Shown here in pieces: positions 1-12,105 of a stretch of DNA of 64,000 bases. Source of the DNA: Nageia nagi (taxonomy: Eukaryota; Plantae; Pinophyta); NCBI GenBank assembly GCA_050084985.1, contig JBITNC010000002.1, positions 17,670,001 through 17,734,000 on the forward strand, written 5' to 3'. Positions within the stretch are counted from its first letter, which is position 1, and each line of letters begins with the position of its first letter. Position numbers and translations under genes: made by a program. The notes below the pieces were generated by a model. It was given only the letters and a program-made list of their open reading frames with translations. It did not search any database and had not been told where the DNA came from.

Positions 1-2040
1 AAAAGAATTCAACTTGTAAGGGAGTCCATCCTTGATATGGAAATCAACCATTTCCTCACCTTTTGGTCTAGAAGATTTCTCCAACCACATATGCACATCC
101 TTAAAGTTTGGATCATGCAAATAAGCTTCTTTATATGTTTCATGAACAAAAGGATTGAAATTCATTACCGTGCTCAGAAATTAAACACTTTGTGTCCCCA
201 GTGTTGGCAATGTCGTTGGCGTTGGCGGTCTTGGCAATATATCTACCACTTTGTTTGTGATGACTTTCTTGTACTTGATAACCAAATGAAATTGTTGCAA
301 AAATCTCATCTAATGGAAATGCCTCGCTTGCTGCAACTTATATTGGGTTTGTAAATATTGCAAAGTTTGATGATCAATATAAATTATTTTTTCTTTGACA
401 ACCAAATAATAATTCCATTTTCTAACAGCTTAAACCATCGAACTTCTTTGAAATATAACAAACCAGTCTCCTTTCTTGCATCAAAACAGCGCCCATAGCA
501 TACACAGTTGCATTAGTTTCAATCTTAAATGGCAACTGCAAATTTCGGAGTGCTAATACAACTGCTTGGCTAATTTTTTGCTTCAGAGAGTCAAAAGATT
601 GTTGTTGCTTCTTTCCCCACTAAAAACTCTACATTTTTCCTATGACATCATGCATTGAAGAAGTAATGCTTGAAAAATTAGCAATGAATTTTCTAAGGTA
701 ATGAATAGCTCCTAAGAAACACCTAGTCTTAGTGACATTGATAGGTCTTGGCGACTCATTGATGGCTCTCACCTTCTCAAGATCAATCCTCAATTGTCCA
801 CCACCAACAATATGTCCTAAGTACACCAAAGATTGCTTGCCAAACTCACACTCAACTTCAATAACAATTTCTCTTTTTAAAGAATTTGGAGCACTTGTTT
901 CAAGTGTACCAAATGGTCTTCCCAAGTCTGGCTATAAACCAGAATATGATCCAAGTAAACAACAACAAAAGAATCAATAAAAGATCTGAAAACTTCATTA
1001 CCCTCATAAAGGTGGTTGGTGCATTGCACAACCCAAATGGAAGTACAAGACATTCAAGAAAACCTCGTCTTGTCTTTAAGGCAGTTTTCCAAATGTCCTC
1101 CTCTTTCATCCTCACTTGATGATATCCACTTCGTAAGTTTGGCTTGGAAAAGAATCTACAACCTGTAGTTGATCTATAAGATCATCAATCCTAGGCAATG
1201 GGTAACAATTCTTAATGGTGATCTTATTTAATGCCCTCTGGTCTTTACACATCCTCCAAGTCTCATCTTTCTTTGGCACTAAGACCAACGGTGATCCACA
1301 TGGAGAAATGCTTGGTTTGATGACTCCTTCATCCAACAATTCCCATACTTATTGCATAATCTTCTCACATTCCACAATAGATTGTCTATACAATCCAATG
1401 TGAGGAAGATGTACATCCGACAATAACTAGATTTTATCCCCAACGATGGCATTGGCATCAATGTTGACGTTCAGATATAGTTTATCTCCAACGTTGGTGC
1501 TGATTTTCCATAACCTTTCTCCCCTAGTTGGATCACTGCAAGTATAAATTTCTTACTAGCATTGATGAGTCTCTTCTTCTAGCTTGTTGTCACAAACTCT
1601 ATTTGCTTCTTGCATGTATGGGCATTAACGAAAAACAATTTTAAATCTTTAATCAACCTATACTGATTTTCCTTCCTGTAGTAAATAGCATTTCCATCCT
1701 AGAAATGGGGATTACCAAATATAACTCCACAAATATCAAGAGGTACTACATCAACAACTACTGTATCAATGAAATTTTTGTTAATAGCAAAGGTCAACTT
1801 ACATTGTTTCATCACCTATAATTTGCAATCATTGTGCACCCATCCCAATGTCTATGAATGAGGATGATTGGTTCTCTCCAAACCCAACTTTCATCAATGA
1901 GGTTTGTTTGTCATCCAGGCTCAATGAGTGAATCAATTTTGGTCTTCTTCACTTGAATATTGAGATGAAAGAGTTGCATTTGTTTATCCTCTATCTTCTC
2001 AACCTTGATTTCCATTCTTCACAAGTGATTTCATCATCCA
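1..2040 (-). mobile_element. Ty3/gypsy retrotransposon pol remnant (protease-RT-RNaseH), degenerate; 3' part of the element whose gag/LTR lie at 12106-13910
   Basis: Minus-strand ORF pieces [65 protein letters not shown] (YLDD-like, ~945-965), YLGHIV...FLGAIHYLRKFI. Protease-like KTKIDSLIEPG near 1915-1950. Frameshifts and stops throughout. Confidence 0.9.
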
Positions 2041-2075
2041 CCCCAGAATTGTCATCAACAATCTTTAACATAGTG

Positions 2076-2180
2076 ATAGTACTTTCTAAGTGTTATTTTA
2101 AACTATTATTATAGTACTTTCTAAGTGTTATTTTAAACTATTATTATAGTACTTTCTAAGCGTTATTTTAAAGTGTTATT
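2076..2180. repeat. 35-bp tandem repeat x3 (ATAGTACTTTCTAAGTGTTATTTTAAACTATTATT)
   Basis: Units start at 2076, 2111 and 2146. Confidence 0.9.
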
Positions 2181-3401
2181 ATTCAAGGTTTAAGTACTTT
2201 GAAAGTTTTTTAACCTTAACAAAAGGGAGAAAATTTTGGGAGATCATAAATTAGCTACTTGAATCTCCTTAGGACTTATAAAGGTTCAACTTAGCTAAAT
2301 TAGCATTCTCATATTACTTAAGTAATAGAGGTATTTTTTTTACTAATGCTATTTTTTTAAGGGATCATTTTTTTTAAAGTAAAGAAAAAAAGGGAGAAAA
2401 ATTTTATGAATTTTTTACCTAAAATTGTTAGATCCTTATGACAAAGTTGTATGTCTATTACTTAGTTTTTTAAAGTGTTTATTTTTGATAAAATACTTAT
2501 TGAAAGATGGACTTGTGCAATTATGAAAATGATGCATGCTTATGCTTAAGTATTTTTCTTGCAAAGTCAACTTGTGCAAATTTATGGACCTATGTAAAGA
2601 CGTTCTTTAGGGGTTAGTAAACAAAACCCATTGAACTCTTAAGTTCCAAGTTATGAATAGATGATGTTTAATTTTATGCTCTTTTATTTCATGTTTCTTA
2701 TTGTGCTTTATTTACTTATGCAAAAATCGCAAACATTGAAATGAGCAACCCCCTAAAATAAACACATCCGCACATACATTCCGCAACATGACTTGTTTGG
2801 GGAGCCATGAGGTGAGGACAGGCAGACTGAAGCCTTTAAGTTCGACGATCCAAATCGTGAAAAGTCCGTACTTCTCAATTGCCCCTAAGTCCTCTGTTGG
2901 TCTGGACATAACTCCAATAGGTGGGCAAGCATGTGTGTAGTGATACCACATGTCCGCACGTCCATTCAAGGATTATCTTAATAACCTAGAAGGACAACTT
3001 AAAACCTAATCAAGATTAATAATTTGGCCAATCCAATAAACGTCATAGCCTTGGAAAATAGTAGGTACTTCTCCTTGTGAGAGTATAATACTGACCAAAG
3101 CAAACTGGTTGAGGATTAGTAGTACTTGAGCTCCTCTTCTGTGGGCATCCAAATGAAGGCCTAATTTTTAAGACAAAAAAACAAGCCTCAACAATGTCAC
3201 TCTACATCTACGATTCTTGAGATGAAAAATGTATTTGGGTACATGGGTTATTATTTGAGTTGTAAAACAATTGCACTTGTGAATCAAATCAAACATGTCT
3301 GTAGTGTTAAAATTTAACATGTATTATTTACTTAGTTAAAACTTAGCATATAATGTTGTTTATTAAACCACATGCTTATTATTTTTTCATATTCTTGTGT
3401 A

Positions 3402-6400
3402 GCAAATGGGAAACTCCTTTTTACCCAAACACATTCTTGATGGTTCCAACTTTGGGATTTGAGAACCTCGCATGAAAGCTGAGTTGCAGGCAAGGAAGCT
3501 TTGGCAAACAGTGAATGAGAACCTTGTACCTTCTGCAGATGAGAAGGCACTAGAGGCTTACAACACAAAAAATGAGTTGGCAACCTCCATGATCTTCCGT
3601 GCAGTTTTAGATGATGTGCTTCTGATGATTTCCTCTTCAACCTCGGCAAAAGAAGCTTGGAATAAGCTTAAGCAAATCTACCTTGTTCAAAGTTTTCAAA
3701 AAAGGTTTACATTCTCCAAAAGTTGCTTCAATCTCGTCAAGGGGAAGATGAAAGTGTTGCCATCTACTTAAACAAAATCATTGACCTAAGGATCCAACTT
3801 GTTGTTTGTGGGTGCAACTGGATCAATGATGAGTTCATGGTCTTCATCATGTATCAAAGCCTTTCTTCAAAGTTTGGTAACTTTGTGACGGTAATGGAAA
3901 CAAGGCTTGATGATGATGACGAAGTCTTCTCTCTTGAGAACCTTTCTAAGCTCCTTTTGAAGCATGAGGAAACCCTTAACAAAAAGGTGTTGATTTCTTC
4001 TCCTAAGGATAATAACGTTGCTCTTGGAGCAACCAAAACTCCTTTCAAGAAGAAGTTCAATCATCAAAAGAAATCTTATCCTTCTTCCTTCAAAAGGATT
4101 GGAAAAGAGGCAATGGCAACAACAACAACAGGAACAATAGCAACAACGGCAACAACAGGAACAACAACAACAATAGCAAGAACAACTGTAACAACAACCA
4201 CTTCAAGCAAAGAGATGGAAAAAGCAAAGCAAACAATTCATATCCTAAGAAAAAGTTTGACAGTAATTGTAACTATTGTGGCATCCAAAGTCACAAAAAA
4301 GTTGATTGCTACAAAAAGAAAAGAGAGGAAAAGAACAAAGGCAATGGAAATGTAAAGAACTTCAAAAGAAAGAAGAATATTCAAGCTAATTTTGCTGCGA
4401 CGCTCTACTCCATGTCTTGCACTTTTTCGTGTGATTGGATTGTTGACTCTGGTTGCACTAATCACCTATGATTTGAAAAGGATAAGTTTGGGAACTTTCA
4501 CAAGTATAGAAAAGATACAGTTGTGATAGGTGATAACTATCCTTGAAGTCCAAGGAATTGGCAGTGTGTTGATTCATGGGAAGGTTCTTGATAATGTGCT
4601 CTATGTTCCTAAGCTTAAGATGAACCTTCTCTCCATGATCCAAGTTGATAGAAAAGGGTACTCATTTGAGTTCGACTCTCAATCCTGGTGCATTAAAAAA
4701 GGACTTGCCACGATGGTTAAAAGGTCAGTAAAAGATGATCTCTACATTGTAGATCAAGTTCCAACAAAGAAGTGTCTTGCTACAAATGTGTGTTTTAGAG
4801 GCAATCTTTGGCACCAACGTTTAAGGCACCTTAACCACAAAAGTATTCAAGTCATGAAAGACCAAGAACTTGTGGAAGGTTTGCCTTCAATTTCTCCTTC
4901 AGTTGGTCTATGTGAGAAGTGCATTCTTGGCAACATGCATAGACAAAAATTTGAAGAAAATAAGGCAACAAAAGCATCTCAACCTCTTCAACTTGTGCAT
5001 TCAGATTTGATGGGTTCATTTCAGACTAAGTCGATTGGAGAAGCATCTTATGTCTTGACCTTCATTGATGACTTTAGTAGAATGACCTTTGGGTATCTAC
5101 TTGAGCACAAGGATCAAACCTTTGAGAGATTTAAGGTTTTTAAGGCCTTTGTTGAGAATCAAACTAACCTTAAAATCAAGATGTTGAGATCAGATAATGG
5201 GAAAAAATATAACAATAATGAGTTCAATGACTATTGTGCTAAGTATGGAATCAAAGGGCAATTTACGATTCCTTACACTCCTCAGCAGAATGGTGTTGGC
5301 GAAAGGAAAAATAAGACAATTATGAAGATGGCTAGATGCATGTTGGGTAATCTTCCTAGTTTTTTGTGGGGTGAAGCTCTAAGCACTGCTATTTGCACCT
5401 TGAATAAATGTCCCACAAAAGCCGTTCAGGGTAAAACTCCTTTTGAGGCATGGTCAGGAAGAAAACCTAACATTTCTCACCTTAAGGTGTTTGGTTGTGT
5501 AGCATTCTCCTACATTGTTTCTAATAAAAGGAAAAAGTTGGATAAAAGAGTTGAAAAATGCATCTTTGTGAGTTATGATAGTCAACATAAAGGCTACAAG
5601 TTCTACTCTCCATCCTACAAAATCGTGTTTGTTTCAAGGGATATAAAATTCAATGAATTTCCTCAAGAATCTGCTTCTAATGAGAATGTTGATGATCCAA
5701 AGGTCTCTTCAATTGCACCTAGCTGGTTAAATATTGATGTAAACAAGTCACCTCAAGAACAAAACTCTCCAGCTCAAAGAGTAACAAGGAGTATGACCTT
5801 GAACAAATCCTTATTTGCCAAAATTGACAACAAGCATGAGCCCTCATCCTTCAAAGAAGCTTCAATGCACGAGTGCTAGATGGAAGCCATGAAAATGGAG
5901 TATGAGGCGCTTATGAAAAATGAAACTTGGGATTTGGTACCTTATCCCAATGAGAATAATGTGATTGGCAATAAGTGGATCTACAAAGTCAAGTTCAATT
6001 CTGTTGGAGATATTGATAAATACAAGGCAAGATTAATAGCCAATAGTTTTGCTCAGAAATATGATGTAGATTATGAGGAAACCTTTGCTCCCGTAGCAAA
6101 GATGCCTACTACAAGAATTATCCTTGCTCTTTCTGTAGCTCAAGGATGGAAAGTTTTTCAACTTGATGTCAAGAGTGCATTCTTCAACGGTGACTTAGAT
6201 GTGGAAATCTTCATGAATCAACCAGAAGGGCTCATTGTGAAAGGAAAAGAGTCCTTTGTGTGCAAGCTAAAGAAGTCATTATATGGACTTAAGCAAGCAC
6301 CTAGAGCCTGGTACAGAAAGATTTCAGGATATTTTGCATACATTGGTTTCTGCAAGTGTTTTTCTGGCTCTGATCTATATGTGCTCAAACAAGGGAAAGA

Positions 6401-7370
6401 CGTATTGATTCTCCTTTATATGGATGATCTTCTAATAACTGGGAATAATGATGAAATCATTCAAGAGTGCATATCCAAACTTAAGGCAACGTTTGAAATG
6501 ACTGATCTTGATATCTTGTACTACTATCTTAGAATGCAAGTGTATCAATACAAAGATTGTACTTATCTCAGTCAATTTAAGTATATATCAGACATCTTGT
6601 AGAAGTTTAGAATGAAGGAGTGTAGATATATTGCGATCACAATCTCTCCTGAAATCACTATTTCTATGAGCTCCAACTCTCAATTAGCTGATGCTACAAC
6701 TTACAGGCAATTAATTGGTAATCTTCTGTATTTGACTATATCCAGGCCATATATTGCCTTTGCAGTGAATCTGATGGCACGATTCATGCAGAAACCTTAT
6801 GTTGAGCACCTCAATGCTGTTAAGCAAATTTTGAGGTATGTTGTAGGGACTAAAAATCTTACTCTCAAGTATTCTAAGTTGCTCTCGTTTGTTCTTTTTG
6901 GATTCTCAGATTCTGACTATGGGGGAGATAAAGATGATAGGAAATCAACCTCTACATTGGTTCAGGTGCTATCTCTTGGGCTTCCAAGAAGCAACCTACT
7001 GTTTCTCTTTCAACCATAGAAGCTGAATACCGTGCCATGTCTCTTGCAGCCCAGGAAGCCATTTGGCTAAGGCATCTTCTGAAAAAAATTGGGTATGAGT
7101 AAGGTGGCTCATATTTGATTTCTTCAAACAATCAGTCGGCTATTTTCTTTGGCTAAGAATCTTGTGTTCCATCAAAGAACAAAACATGTAGAAATCTATA
7201 TCCATTTTATCAGAGAGAAAGTTCTTGTTGGCATCATACACCTGGAGTATTGTCCATCCACCTTGAACAACGCTTATTTGTTCACCAAACCCCTTCCGGA
7301 AGCTCAATTCTGTAAGCTTAGAGATGCTATCGGGTTGGTGAAGTTGCCCTCAAGGAGGAGTGAAGTTTGA
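3402..7370 (+). pseudogene. Copia gag-pol polyprotein, broken by frameshifts and stops
   Basis: Consecutive ORFs 3472-3771, 3723-4355, 4530-5879, 5880-6602, 6612-7019 and 7149-7370 tile one polyprotein. Confidence 0.92.
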
Positions 7371-8077
7371 ATTCTTGTGTTGAATTCATGTTTGTGATGA
7401 AAACCTCACCCTTAGGAGGATTTTGTGCTGTATAGTGTTGATTTTGTTGTACACCTTCGTGGTAAGTTCACTCTATGTGAGAAACTTGTACAAATTTTTA
7501 AAGCAAAAAAATTGGCCAATCTAGCACTATTCAGTTATCTATGTGTGAGGAACTCTTATGTGTCTTTTGGCACTGTTCAGTTATCCATATGTGAGGAACT
7601 CGTATGTGCATGCTCTATTTTGTAATAATAATCAACACATGTTTTATATACAACAAATGACTATGATTTTTAACTTAGCATATTCATGATGACTTATAAT
7701 GCACCATTGCTCAGTTCATGATGGCATTTGTGTGATTCGTCTATCCTAGTTGATATGAATATGTTGCATCTAACTAATCTTGTTATTTGAGTTGCTTATG
7801 ACTTGCAAGTTCCTTTGAGATTGCAAGTTACTTCAGGTATGCAGGCTCTTGGAGACTCTTCATGACTTCCGATTGGATGACTACTTCATGTACATTGAAA
7901 CCGGTTGTGGTTAATGATTGTATTTGGCAAAGTAATGAGTCTCAAACTAGATCTTTCTTACTTCACAAATATGTAAAAAGTTCTCATTTCCGTTGTATCT
8001 GTTTGGAGGAGAACTCTCTTACTTTCTCTCTTCCTTCTCTCTTATTCGCTCTATCCCAATATTGCATTAAGGGGGAG

Positions 8078-8575
8078 TGTTGAAATGTATAATGCATTAT
8101 TGTAAAAGTTTTATAAGAATCTTCTATGTAAGTTCACTAATACTTAAGGATATCATTTGATACCTTAAGTATTTAAGTGTATATGATAATGTAACTTGTC
8201 CTACACTCCATGTCATGAACATGTCCCTTGGGTAAAAGGATGTGCATGTTATGCTTTTGTACATTGGGTTAAAGAGTGATCCAATGAGGGATTTTTGGCT
8301 ATAAATAGAAGGCTCCCTCTTTAGATCACACACTAATTTGTAAATTGAAGCTATGCTATAGGATAATGTTTAGGAGAAAAGCTTAGGAGGATTGTAAGAG
8401 TTCACATTTGTTAAGAAGTGAGATATAGTTAGTGGATGCACTCCTAGTTGGAGGAACCACTTACATCTTATGTTATCTTTGTGAGATTGCTTTGTGAGTT
8501 TGTTAGATGTGAATTGTGAGCTTTCATGTGATCTTGGGAGTTTAGAGTTGTTCATGTTATAGTTCAATTCTCTCA
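8078..8575 (+). repeat. Copia 3' LTR (TGTTG...CTCTCA), ~498 bp
   Basis: Follows the PPT. Reverse complement matches 43529-44016 and 49090-49587. Confidence 0.92.
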
Positions 8576-10070
8576 GTACCTGGAGGAGGATGTTGCCAGG
8601 ATGGAGTAACTTGTCATCCCCAAGCCATCCAAACCCATGTTTGTGAAGAAGTTCGGGGAAGAGATGAAGAATAGGGTTCCTGGCCCATTGGAGCTGAATC
8701 AAATTTTCAACGGCTAAATGGAAATCCTAGAGTTGAAGGGGAGCAATTCACACACTCCCAGCAGCTCGTGGGTTGATATGAGGGACGGTAGCAAAAGATC
8801 AATAAGATGCAAGTACAGATTTATGACGGGAAGAAGATGACAGCTAGAGCATGGTTGCATTAGTTGCAAACTTATTTCACCTTGAGCCCTAATATGGTGG
8901 AGGAGGATGCAATTCATTTTGCATCCTTGCATTTTGAGGGTGATGCCCTAGAGTGGTGGCAACATGGAGTGATCAGCCAAGGTTATTCACTCATCACCTG
9001 CTTTGATGAGTTTGTCCGACGCTTGGTCAAGAGGTTCGACCAGAAGGAGGAGAATGATTGCTTTCGGGATTTTACATCATTGAGGCAACAAGGAGAGATG
9101 GATGAGTACATGTCGAAGTATCAGAAGATTGCATTCATGATCCACCACATTCCAGAGGAACATTTGACATTCCTGTTCATCGAGGGTTTGATAGAACCGT
9201 TGTAGGGGATGGTCAAGGTGTCCTCTCCTAAGAACCTTAATGACATTATTTGGGCTACGTATGATCTTGAGCTGATGGTGAAATCGCTCAAGGGAGGACA
9301 GATGTACAAAGGGCTAGTTACACAGAAGCCTTTTGCTGATAAAGAATGGCCTAGCAATCCCAAATCCTTTCCCCTGCCTTGAACAAATCAATTGGAAGCA
9401 GCCATGCGGAGGAAGGTCAGTGCTTCTACTGCAAGAAGACTTGGGAGTCAGGGCACCGTTGTCAAGGAGAGGAACAAGTGCATAACATAGAGGTGTTTTC
9501 GGAGGATAAGATGGATGATTCAGATCTGGAGAATGAAGTAAACACCCTAGATCAAGAGGCACTTCAAGTTGAGGGCACATTGGGGAGCGTGATCACTTCA
9601 CTACATGGGGTGAAGAAGTACCTCACGCTAAAGATTATCGGGCAAGAAAGAGGACAGGATGTGATGGTCTTGATTGATCTAGGAGCATCCCACAACTTCA
9701 TCGATGCAGGTTTTGTAGAAAAGAAGAATTTGACGACCAAAGGATTCAAAAGATTTAAAGTTTCCAATACCAATGAGAAACTCACTCTTGTGGACCACAT
9801 CATTGAGAGGTTTGGAGTGAGACTATAGACCTATACAGTGAGAGAGGAATTCCATATTTATCCCTTGAAGGGACATCCTCACATTATTTTGGGAGTGCAA
9901 TGGCCGTTTTATTTGGGTGACATTCAAATTAATTATCAGAAACTCGCTATGAGTTTTGAAATCGATGGGAAGACGCATATACTACAAGGAATTAGAGATG
10001 ATTTTCCACAAGTGGACAATAAGCGGCTACAGGTGATCGAATGGTGTGAAGAGGAGGAGGAAGCCGAAGA

Positions 10071-10760
10071 TGGGGCCACGTTGGAAGAGGAAGGAGGCCG
10101 ATAGGGGGAGAGTAGCATTGGAGAGCTCTCATATCCCACGTTGCAACCAGGGAGCTTAGAGGGGCTACATTGGACCTTAGATGAGTCAAGTACCCAACAT
10201 TCAACCTTGGGGAGGCTAGACACTTCGCATGGGGCCTTGGACGAGTCAGGCACCCCACGTTGAGCATTGGAGAGGCTAGACATTTCGCATGGGGCCTTGG
10301 AGGAGTCATGCATCCCACGTTGAGCCTTGGAGGGGATCCCCAACTCACGTTGGGTATCTGGAAGGTTTGCCGTCAGACGTTGAGCCTTGGAGAGGATTGC
10401 CATCCCACGTTAGACTTGGGGAGAACTAGGCATTCCACGTTGAGTTTCAAGGAGCTTGGGCATTCTACGTTGAGCCTTGGAGAGGCTAGGCTTCCCACGT
10501 TGAGCCTTGGAGAGGCTAGGCTTCCCACGTTGAGCCTTGGAGAGGCTAGGCTTCCCACGTTGAGCCTTGGAGAGGCTAGGCTTCCCACGTTGAGCCTTGG
10601 AGAGGCAAGGCATGACACGATGGACCTGGACAAGTCTACATTCATGACGATGAGCCTGAGGACAACTTGGCATCCCACATTGGAGGATGAGGAAGTTTCT
10701 TGCTTCACACTGGTCATTGAGGGAGTTTGGAACTCCACATTTAGCCTTGAGATGAATCGA
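10071..10760 (+). repeat. 30-bp tandem array (~22 units; CTTCCCACGTTGAGCCTTGGAGAGGCTAGG) encoding a (L/H)PTLSLGEAR decapeptide
   Basis: Clear 30-nt periodicity. Identical units at ~10467-10605, divergent units on both sides. ORF 10260-10826 reads through. Confidence 0.95.
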
Positions 10761-11113
10761 CCTCATACATGGAGCAAAGGCTCCACCTGTTTTCACTCAC
10801 TTATGATTTTCTTAAGGTTCTTGTAAGTACATCTCCATGCGGAAACACATACATCCTCATGTGTATTGAGGGCCACCGTGGAGCAACTGATGAGGAGTGA
10901 CAATTACAATAAACCAAAGTGTTTGCAAGTTACATTGATGCATGGACATTAGGCTTCAACAATTTGCATCATGTTGTCATTCTGGATGAAGAATATTGAA
11001 ATTGCATTGCACCCCCATAGACCACTACTATTAGGACTAAAGGATTCTTGGACGACAGTCTGTTGCGATCTTCCACCATTGCTTGAGAGCAAGCAATTCG
11101 AGAAGAGAGGCTT

Positions 11114-11956
11114 TGTGACGTCCCCCTTGCATGGATGTAATTGATTGTGGAACCCAACAAGTTCCTCTTGTAGTATATGTTATTATTGCATTGTACTTTC
11201 ATGTTTGTAACTTGGGATAGAAGACTTAATGGGTCAATGGACCCCACTATGAGCCCCAAGTGGGACGTCTCCCTCCCAAGCTTAGATTAGGTGTTATTAT
11301 TGTACTTGGAGATCCCGATCTTGATTTTGGGAATCCCAAGATCTATTACTACACTTGGATGGATAGGCACCTATATGCACGCACTAGCCTTGGGGAGGCT
11401 CCCATACCCCCACGTTGGCCTAGCATGACACCTAGACAACACACATGACCCCTGACCAACATGGGCATGCGCAGGGCTCCTAGACCCCCACATTGGCATG
11501 CCTAACCCCTAGGCACCCACGTTGGGAATTTTGGGCCCCCAGGAGGTTAACGTTGGGATTAAGGAGACAGGTGATGACTCCGAGGTGAGATCCATATAGG
11601 GTTGAGTGTATAAAGGGACATTGGAGCCTCATTACTGGATATATTTGATTATACATTTATCTCCTGATATTGTCCTGTGGACACAAGACTTACAGTGCTA
11701 AGCAATCCCCTAGGTGCAACATCTAGGAAGGCTTTCAGGCTAAGGGATCATAATCGTCTACGGCATTGGTGCAGCACCCTTGCCCATCCGATGGTATTCC
11801 GAGGTATAGTTTCTACCTTCAATGGTTAGCCAAGGTTTGAAGAGGGCTCTTTTGGTTGAGAGGATTCATATTCTGAGGGAGCAATATTGTCCATGCTTGC
11901 ATTGTTGGATTATTATTGTGCATGCATGCTTGTGTAAGCCATACGTTGGCATTATA
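11114..11956 (+). repeat. 3' LTR of the gag-protease-repeat element
   Basis: Preceded by purine tract GAGAAGAGAGG. TGT start and TTATA end (degenerate TTACA). TATA-like TATAAA near 11609. Confidence 0.7.
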
Positions 11957-12105
11957 AAAGTTTCAATATTGATGTATGGTAGTTGATGCCAGACTTTGGC
12001 ATTATTGTGTTGTGTATGCTTAATTCGAATGCCCTAGACCAGACGTTAGGGTATATTTGCATTGTTTGAGTTGTTTGCACTTGATATTGTATTTGTATCT
12101 TTATA

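Larger units (their letters stand above)
2070..8575 (+). mobile_element. Ty1/copia LTR retrotransposon copy 1: long 5' leader, gag-pol, 3' UTR, PPT, 3' LTR; 5' LTR/PBS deleted
   Basis: Gag from ~3400 with zinc knuckle CNYCGIQSHKKVDC, then protease, integrase (LWHQRLRH, LVHSDL, LRSDNG, PQQNGVGER), RT (KWIYKVK, QLDVKSAF, LYMDD) and RNaseH (RTKHVEI), in copia order. PPT TAAGGGGGAG ends at 8077. Confidence 0.95.
8576..11956 (+). mobile_element. Non-autonomous Ty3/gypsy derivative: gag, protease, 30-bp repeat array, pol tail, PPT, 3' LTR; 5' end lost
   Basis: Gag (DAIHFASLHFEGDALEWW), CFYCKKTWESGHRC, protease VLIDLGASHNFI, no RT/RH/INT motifs, pol-end-like LLESKQFEKRG near 11080-11113, LTR TGTGACGTCCCC(11114)...GGCATTATA(11956). 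Confidence 0.85.

Noticed and set aside
7425-7625. Conserved extra 3' ORF in both copia copies (also 44474-44677), possibly env-like
   Set aside because: Short, starts at GTG, overlaps internal repeats of the 3' UTR, and conservation is explained by overall nucleotide similarity of the copies.
10071-10760. CRISPR-like array
   Set aside because: Contiguous tandem units with no unique spacers, no cas genes, eukaryotic retroelement context.
9936-10796. Long antisense and alternative-frame ORFs over the 30-bp array as separate genes
   Set aside because: A stop-poor repeat whose period is a multiple of 3 opens several frames automatically.
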